Source of the DNA: Treponemataceae bacterium
GTDB taxonomy: Bacteria > Spirochaetota > Spirochaetia > Treponematales > Rectinemataceae
Length of the DNA: 64,000 nt
Assembly (NCBI GenBank): GCA_963667725.2
Contig: CAXXHO010000005.1
Coordinates: forward strand, 992,001-1,056,000
Reading direction: 5' to 3'
Shown here: positions 58,231-64,000 of the stretch, in pieces
How the letters are laid out: each line of letters starts with the position of its first letter
How positions within the stretch are numbered: the stretch's first letter is position 1
Position numbers and translations under genes: made by a program
The notes under the pieces: model-generated
Told to the model about the DNA's origin: nothing
Database searches by the model: none
Seen by the model: the letters and a program-made list of their open reading frames with translations, nothing else

Positions 58231-59103
58231 CTATTTAAGCTGTTTCGAGAGGCGTGGGTCGAGCGTATCGCGCAACGCGTCGCCTATGAAGTTGAAGCTC
58301 AGCACGACCAGGAAAATGCATAGTCCTGGCCAGAGAATCATGTCGGAATTGAGGAGTATGTAATCCTTGCCCTCGTTCACCATTGAGCCCCATTCGGGCG
58401 TCGGCTGCTGGACGCCGAAACCGAGGAAGCCCAGCGCCGCCGAGGAGAGGATCGCGCCCGGAATTCCCAAGGTCGCCTGCACGATTATGGGGGTAATGGT
58501 GTTGGGCATTATGTGCCTGAATATGATGCGCGCGTCGCCGCAGCCGGTCGTCTTGGCCGCCTGGATATACTCGATATTCCTGAGCGAAAGCACCTGCCCC
58601 CGCACGAGCCTGGCGTAGCTGGGCCAATGCACGAGCCCCAGCACCCACATGACATTGAAGATGCTCGGTCCGAGTATGGCCATCACCGCTATGACGAGGA
58701 TGAGGAAGGGAAAGGAATAGAATACTTCCACGAGGCGCATGACGGTGAAATCCACCCATCCGCCATAATAGCCGGAGAGAAGTCCTAAAATCGTTCCGAC
58801 AACGGCGGCCAACGTCACTACGACGATGCCGATGAGTAGGGAGATGCGCGCCCCGTAGGCTAGCCGCGAGAAGGTGTCTCTGCCGAAATTGTCGGTGCCC
58901 AGCAGATGCCCGCCGCTTCCCGCCGGCACGAAGGCATGCTCCAGATCCATGGTATAGGGGTCGAAACGCACCAGCGCCGGGGCGAATACCGCGATTACGA
59001 TAAAGGCGGACAACGCGATCAGACCGACTATGCCCAACTTATGGCGGGCGAAAACCTTGAGGAGCCGCGGCGCGCCGGAGAATATAGTGTTCCGTTTTTT
59101 CAT
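58231..59103 (-). CDS. oppC: Oligopeptide ABC permease OppC
   Basis: LGTDNFGRD, EYIQAAK..G, GDALRDTLDPR. Confidence 0.93.
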   Translation of the reverse strand: MKKRNTIFSGAPRLLKVFARHKLGIVGLIALSAFIVIAVFAPALVRFDPYTMDLEHAFVPAGSGGHLLGTDNFGRDTFSRLAYGARISLLIGIVVVTLAAVVGTILGLLSGYYGGWVDFTVMRLVEVFYSFPFLILVIAVMAILGPSIFNVMWVLGLVHWPSYARLVRGQVLSLRNIEYIQAAKTTGCGDARIIFRHIMPNTITPIIVQATLGIPGAILSSAALGFLGFGVQQPTPEWGSMVNEGKDYILLNSDMILWPGLCIFLVVLSFNFIGDALRDTLDPRLSKQLK

Positions 59104-59104
59104 A

Positions 59105-60052
59105 TCAATCGTACCTGATCCTCGGATCTATGAAGACATACAGAATATCCACGATGAGCATGACCGCCACAAAGCAGACCGCGAACACGAGCACCGTCCC
59201 CTGGATGAGCGGGAGGTCCCTGAATTTTACGGCGTTCATGGCCAGCATGCCGAGTCCGGGCAGGGAGAAAATCGTCTCTATGATGACGGCGCCGCCCAGC
59301 AGCGAGCCGAACTGCATGCCGAAGGTCGTAAGTATCGGAAGGAAGGCGTTCGGAAAGGCGTGTTTGAAAAGCACGCCCATTTCGCTCTGACCCTTGGCTC
59401 TGGCAGTCCTCGCGAAGTCCTGGCCCAGCGCTTCGATCATCGTGGCGCGTGTGAGCCTCGTGAGAATGCCCGCCATGCTGCTCCCCAGGGTGATCGAGGG
59501 CAGAATGAGATAGCGTATCTGTTTCAGGAAGGTTGAATCGTAGGTAGGGAGTCCGCGTATGGGGAGCCAGCCCAGCCTTAGGCCGAAAAAGAGTATGAGG
59601 AGAAGTCCCAGATAGAAAGAAGGCATCGAAACGCCCACCAGCGCTATGGCCGTGGCGGAATAATCGAAAATGGACCTGCGCCGCGCCGCAGCGAGCACTC
59701 CAAGGGGGATGGCGATGCACAGGGAGACGAAGCAGGAAAAAATAGTCAACTTGAAGGTGTTCCCGATTTTTTCGCCGATCATCTCGGCCACGGGCCGGTT
59801 GAACTGCACGGATCGCCCCATGTCGCCTTTCACGAGTTTTCCCATGTACGACACATACTGAACATACCAGGGGCGATCGAGTCCGAGCTCGGCCTTTAGC
59901 TTCGCCACATTCTCGACGTTGACCGTTTCATTGCTGAGCATGAGGCTTATCGAATCGCCCGGGGCGAAAGAGACTAACGCGAAAACTATGAAGGAGATGC
60001 CGACGAGAACCGGGATGGTCGTCAGGATCCTTCGAGCGAGGTATTTACCCAT
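59105..60052 (-). CDS. oppB: Oligopeptide ABC permease OppB
   Basis: RLTRATM..DFARTARAKG..KHAFPNA, IDPRI. Confidence 0.93.
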   Translation of the reverse strand: MGKYLARRILTTIPVLVGISFIVFALVSFAPGDSISLMLSNETVNVENVAKLKAELGLDRPWYVQYVSYMGKLVKGDMGRSVQFNRPVAEMIGEKIGNTFKLTIFSCFVSLCIAIPLGVLAAARRRSIFDYSATAIALVGVSMPSFYLGLLLILFFGLRLGWLPIRGLPTYDSTFLKQIRYLILPSITLGSSMAGILTRLTRATMIEALGQDFARTARAKGQSEMGVLFKHAFPNAFLPILTTFGMQFGSLLGGAVIIETIFSLPGLGMLAMNAVKFRDLPLIQGTVLVFAVCFVAVMLIVDILYVFIDPRIRYD

Positions 60053-60124
60053 TCTTCCTCTCCAAGCCCGAGGACCCGCCCCGGGCCGCCAATGCGACCC
60101 GGGATCGAGCCTATGGAAGTTTTT

Positions 60125-61705
60125 CTATTTATTGAGCCAGACGTTGTTTTCCGACGAGACGAGAGTCAAGCCGCCCCACGGAGGCACAAAGTCCACCACT
60201 TTCTTGCTCGCCACCGCATAGCTGTATTCGAAATAGAGCGGTATGCCGACCGTGTCCTTGAATACGAGGCGCTGGGCTTTCTTCCACAGGGAAGAGAGCT
60301 CGTCGAACTTTACCTTCGTCAAGGCTTCGTCCAGGAGCTTGTTGACTTCCGGATTGTTGTAGAAGTGCGTGTTCGCGGCTCCGATCATGCTTCCGTGGAA
60401 GAGCGAATGGAATCCGGTGGTACCCGCGAAGCTGTAGTCGAAGAAGACGGTGGTGTTGCCCTTGAGAAGATCGTCAGCCCAGACGGCCGTGTCCTGGGTG
60501 AGCACGCTCGCGTTGATGCCCTTTTCGCGCAGCTGCGTCGCGAGAATGGTGAGCGCCTTGACCTGCGAACCGGCCAGCGTCTTGATCTCGATCTTGAAGG
60601 GTTTTCCGTTGAGATCGAGGAAACCGTCGCCGTCCTGATCCTTGAAGCCGTTGGCGGCCAGGATCTTGAGGCCTTGCGCGGGATCATAGCTCCAGAGGTC
60701 TTTCAGCGAGGGGTCGTAGCCGAAGGGAACCCAGGGCGGAACCTGGCCGTAGGCGCGTTCGCCGTGGTCGCCGATGATCGCTTTGTAGGCGGTATCGATA
60801 TCCAGAAGCATGGAGAGGGCTTTTCTGACTGCCGGGTTGTTATAGGGCGCGACTGTCGTATTGAAGCCGAGACCGCGGTACGAACCACCGCCCGATTTCA
60901 CGACGTTGAATTTGGCGTTTTTCTCGAAACTGTCGGCCATCTCGAGATTGAAGAGGTGCTTGATCACATCGATCTCGCCCGACTGGAGCGCGATGGACTG
61001 GGCCAGAGGATCTGGAATGACCACGAATTCCACCGCGTCGAGATATACGGGCAGGCGATAGAAGGCGTTTTTTACCAGAAGCAGGCCGGAGTCCGGGGAA
61101 AAGCTCTTGAATTTGTATGGACCGCTGCCGATCGGATGTTTCGCGAAGCCGTCTTCGCCCAGCTTGTCGATGGCTTCCTTGGGGATTATGCACATGCGGC
61201 AGAGCCTGTTGGGGTCGTTGACCAGGAAGGGCTGGGGCGTCTTGGTGGTGATTTCCACGGTATAACGATCGAGCGCCTTCACGCCGGTGATAGGGCCCAG
61301 GGTGTAGGCTGTGCTCGTCTTCTGCATGAACTCAATGGAGTAAACCACGTCGTCGGCGGTGACTTCCCGGCGCGTACCCTTGGGGAAGACCGGGTTGTCG
61401 TCATGGAAGAGAACGCCTTTCTTGATCGAGAATACCCAGGTGAGCGGATCGGGATTGGTCCATTTTTCGGCGAGCGATGGTATCGGCTTAAAATCATCCT
61501 TGCTGAGAATGAACAGCGTGTCGAAGATCACGCTTTGGGAATCCGTGATATCGTTCGCGGCGGTCTTGTAGAGCTGGAGGCTCTGAAGACTTGACGCGGC
61601 GACCTTCAATGTACCGCCCGATCTTGGCGTTGCCCCAAAGGCGGCTGTCGCGCCTCCCAGAAGCAGGGCTGTTAAAACGATTGCCGCAAAGGTTTTTCTG
61701 AACAA
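60125..61705 (-). CDS. oppA: Peptide ABC substrate-binding protein (family 5)
   Basis: AGGAGG + TTG 61705 (MFRKTFAAIVLTALLLGG signal); LAEKW..GVLFHD..TADDV, PIGSGPYK. Confidence 0.9.
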   Translation of the reverse strand: MFRKTFAAIVLTALLLGGATAAFGATPRSGGTLKVAASSLQSLQLYKTAANDITDSQSVIFDTLFILSKDDFKPIPSLAEKWTNPDPLTWVFSIKKGVLFHDDNPVFPKGTRREVTADDVVYSIEFMQKTSTAYTLGPITGVKALDRYTVEITTKTPQPFLVNDPNRLCRMCIIPKEAIDKLGEDGFAKHPIGSGPYKFKSFSPDSGLLLVKNAFYRLPVYLDAVEFVVIPDPLAQSIALQSGEIDVIKHLFNLEMADSFEKNAKFNVVKSGGGSYRGLGFNTTVAPYNNPAVRKALSMLLDIDTAYKAIIGDHGERAYGQVPPWVPFGYDPSLKDLWSYDPAQGLKILAANGFKDQDGDGFLDLNGKPFKIEIKTLAGSQVKALTILATQLREKGINASVLTQDTAVWADDLLKGNTTVFFDYSFAGTTGFHSLFHGSMIGAANTHFYNNPEVNKLLDEALTKVKFDELSSLWKKAQRLVFKDTVGIPLYFEYSYAVASKKVVDFVPPWGGLTLVSSENNVWLNK

Positions 61706-62121
61706 TTCGAGACCTCCTGATAGACGATATATGCGGCGATACACACCGCGCAAAGCCCGAAGGATATACTTTGCCATTGAATAACCGAAGTGTCGGGGTC
61801 TATGCCTGACCGAATATTTATCCAACGGCTATATGCAAATCAGCATATATTTTAAGTTATGCGATTAAAGAACGAACCTTATCGAATATACTCTACCAGA
61901 AGGCTCTGCAATGCAATAGAAACCGAGCGAAAAGTTTATGGTTTACATCATCTATTTTGCATTTTTATAAGGAAAGGAAGTTGTTCGAGGCAGAGGAAGG
62001 ACATTCGGCGAACGCCAAGAATTTCGCCCGGCGCCACCTTCGATCGGCAATCCTTTATCGAGACAGAAACAGTTTCGTCCGGTGATTTTTGTGCTATTAT
62101 TTAATGGGGGAAGGAGAGTTC

Positions 62122-62823
62122 ATGAAAAAGTTGGCTTTTTTCATATTCATCGCGGTAATGTTGGCGTCCTGTTCGACGACCAAAACCCTTGTCATGCAGA
62201 TCGACAGCATCGGAAGGGATGCTTCTCCGGGGAAACGTGACTATATTTTCGTTCCGACGGATTCCAGCATAAAAACCGGTGACCTCCGCTTCGAGAAATA
62301 CACGGGCTATATCGAAAAGGTCCTTTCGAGAAAAGGGTACAGGAAGGTCTCGGCCGCGGAAGACGCGAATATCATCGTCTATGTGATGTATGGCGTCGGC
62401 GAGCCGCAGGAGCATCAATACGCGTACCGCGTGCCGGTGTTCGGGCTTGTCCCCTCCCTGCCGAAATCCCCGCCGCCTCCGCCTTACGGCCATAACCCGC
62501 CGCCGCCCAATCCGCCGTACCCGCCCATCAGGTCATACAGTCCGACCTTCGGGATCATCGGCTCCTCGACGCATTACGAAACCTATACGACCTATTTCCG
62601 CTACTGCAAGATCGAAGCCTTCGACTTCGACCTGCTGCGGGCAAACAATGTCGAAAGGCAGCTCTGGTCCACCATCATAACGAGCACGGGGCGCGAAAGC
62701 GATCTCAGGCAGATCATGCCCCATCTGATCGCGGGAGCCGAGGACTATATCGCTACCGATACGGGCCGCAAGATAGAGATCCAGGTCGAAATCGACGACG
62801 AGGAGATTCTGGCGTACAACTGA
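62122..62823 (+). CDS. Lipoprotein (DUF4136-like) with proline-rich insert
   Basis: AAGGAG RBS, MKK..MLASC lipobox; L..KGYRKV..ANIIV, QLW; PPPPPYGHNPPPPNPPYPP. Confidence 0.7.
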   Translation: MKKLAFFIFIAVMLASCSTTKTLVMQIDSIGRDASPGKRDYIFVPTDSSIKTGDLRFEKYTGYIEKVLSRKGYRKVSAAEDANIIVYVMYGVGEPQEHQYAYRVPVFGLVPSLPKSPPPPPYGHNPPPPNPPYPPIRSYSPTFGIIGSSTHYETYTTYFRYCKIEAFDFDLLRANNVERQLWSTIITSTGRESDLRQIMPHLIAGAEDYIATDTGRKIEIQVEIDDEEILAYN

Positions 62824-62853
62824 CGTTTGGTCGCGATGCCTGATTTCATGGCT

Positions 62854-63318
62854 TCATTCCTCCTTCTGGGCGGCGAGGAGATCGAAGGTGCCGAGCACGG
62901 CGGCGATGAACTTCGGACTGCCGTAGAGGACGTATTTCGCCTTCCGGATTTCGGGGTAGTAGAAGAAGTCGAAGCGCGTTTTGCCCCAGGAATCGTCCTT
63001 GCCGTTGAGCATGGCCATGAGGGAATTGGAAATCCGGCTCGCCTCTTCCGAATTCTCCTCGTCTATCTCCACCACCGCTGACACGGCGATTCGCTCCGCG
63101 AGGTTGGCGGCGTCCGTTTTGTTCTTTTCCGGGAGGGGTTTTTCCTCTCCGGCGAATTCGTTGTGGGCGTATTCCTTGAGTTCGTCCCGGCTGACCATCC
63201 AGGATCGGCCAATTTTACGCGCCTTGATTTTCCCTTCGTGGATAAAGCGCAGGATCGTCTTGGGGTGAAGTTTGAGTATATCCGATAGATTAGCGATGGA
63301 ATACAGTTTATGTTCCAT
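62854..63318 (-). CDS. Excisionase-family (HTH_17) DNA-binding protein with C-terminal domain
   Basis: LYSIANLSDILKLHPKTILRFIHEGKIKARKIGRSWMV. Confidence 0.85.
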   Translation of the reverse strand: MEHKLYSIANLSDILKLHPKTILRFIHEGKIKARKIGRSWMVSRDELKEYAHNEFAGEEKPLPEKNKTDAANLAERIAVSAVVEIDEENSEEASRISNSLMAMLNGKDDSWGKTRFDFFYYPEIRKAKYVLYGSPKFIAAVLGTFDLLAAQKEE

Positions 63319-63331
63319 AATGCTCCCTAAA

Positions 63332-63387
63332 ATAGATAGTAATTATCTATAATAAGGAGTATATGGTAATATAATGAAAATTGTCAA
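63332..63387 (-). promoter_or_regulatory. sigma70 promoter with downstream inverted repeat
   Basis: Minus strand TTGACA-N18-TATACT; ATAGATA-N5-TATCTAT at 63332-63350. Confidence 0.6.
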
Positions 63388-63418
63388 GAACCAATAGTAA
63401 CAATAAGGAACATTTTTC

Positions 63419-64000
63419 TCAAGCCATGGCGCTTTTCCAGCGGCCGAGGATTTCCTCCATCTCCCTGTTCATCGTCGGATCGGGAACTTTACGCTCGGGG
63501 CGCGCGTCATACCATGCCAGGGAGCGGCGTAGTCCCTCGGGGAAGGAGACGGAAGGGTGGAATTCCGGCACGAATCGCCTGATCTTCGAGTTGTCGAAGA
63601 TGACGCTGACCGCCTTGTCGCCCAAAAGGCCGGCTCCTCGTTCGGGATTGATCCGGGCGATATATTCCGAGGGGATGCGGACAAGCCTTGGCTCGACGCC
63701 CAAGGCTTCCGCCGTGATGGCGTGGATGGCGGACCAGGTCAGGTGGTCGTCGGAGGTGATGTGGAAGGCTTCCGAGAGCGCGGCCGGATTCCCCAGGAGT
63801 CCCACCAGGCCCACCGCGAAATCGGAGGCGTGGGTGAGGGTCCATAGCGACTGTCCGTCGCCGGGCACGATCACTTCCTTCCCTTCCTTGAGGCGCCAGG
63901 CCAGGCCGTAGCTGGCCGAGCCGAAGCAGCCCGGTATCCATCCGTCGCCGTAGGTGTGCGAGGGGCGGATGATCGTATAGGGAAAGGAGCGTTCCCGCGC
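63419..64000 (-). CDS. NAD-dependent epimerase/dehydratase family protein (5' part outside window)
   Basis: Open frame from the edge: FPYTIIRPSHTYG..VPGDG..WTLTHASDFA..FHITSD..FDNSKI. Confidence 0.88.
   Translation of the reverse strand, partial: ARERSFPYTIIRPSHTYGDGWIPGCFGSASYGLAWRLKEGKEVIVPGDGQSLWTLTHASDFAVGLVGLLGNPAALSEAFHITSDDHLTWSAIHAITAEALGVEPRLVRIPSEYIARINPERGAGLLGDKAVSVIFDNSKIRRFVPEFHPSVSFPEGLRRSLAWYDARPERKVPDPTMNREMEEILGRWKSAMA

Noticed and set aside
62854..63318. Excisionase as a sign of a prophage or ICE
   Set aside because: No integrase, att-like repeat, tRNA or phage genes in the window

Overview
GC-rich bacterial chromosomal window, probably from a free-living anaerobic spirochaete. 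That placement is an inference from the lipoprotein style, an LA_2272-like repeat protein and the gene repertoire. The window holds about 57 CDSs. I saw no rRNA, tRNA, CRISPR array, integrase or transposase. It is dominated by five 'importer + catabolic enzyme' cassettes: (1) creatininase-like / dpp-type ABC / nitrilase / RraA (1.4-9.1 kb); (2) FadR-regulated opine dehydrogenase / URO-D-like / tripartite tricarboxylate transporter, followed by a cysteine desulfidase-like gene (19.8-27.1 kb); (3) ugp-like ABC + metallo-beta-lactamase hydrolase + LacI-SBP fusion regulator (30.8-36.9 kb); (4) sigma54/PrpR-controlled 2-hydroxyacid dehydrogenase / PrpF / TTT / RraA / aconitase (44.2-54.3 kb); (5) opp ABC + M14 carboxypeptidase (54.9-61.7 kb). 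Scattered singletons include a DUF3494 ice-binding-like lipoprotein, an orphan rsmH paralog, three acyltransferases, asnA and a multi-sensor HD-GYP protein. The best candidates for undescribed biology are cassettes 4, 2 and 1. Cassettes 4 and 2 have readable operators, and cassette 1 has enzymes with apparently remodelled active sites. A shared ~50-bp non-coding element also lies upstream of both peptide-ABC operons. All product calls come from motif recognition by eye; no database search was run.
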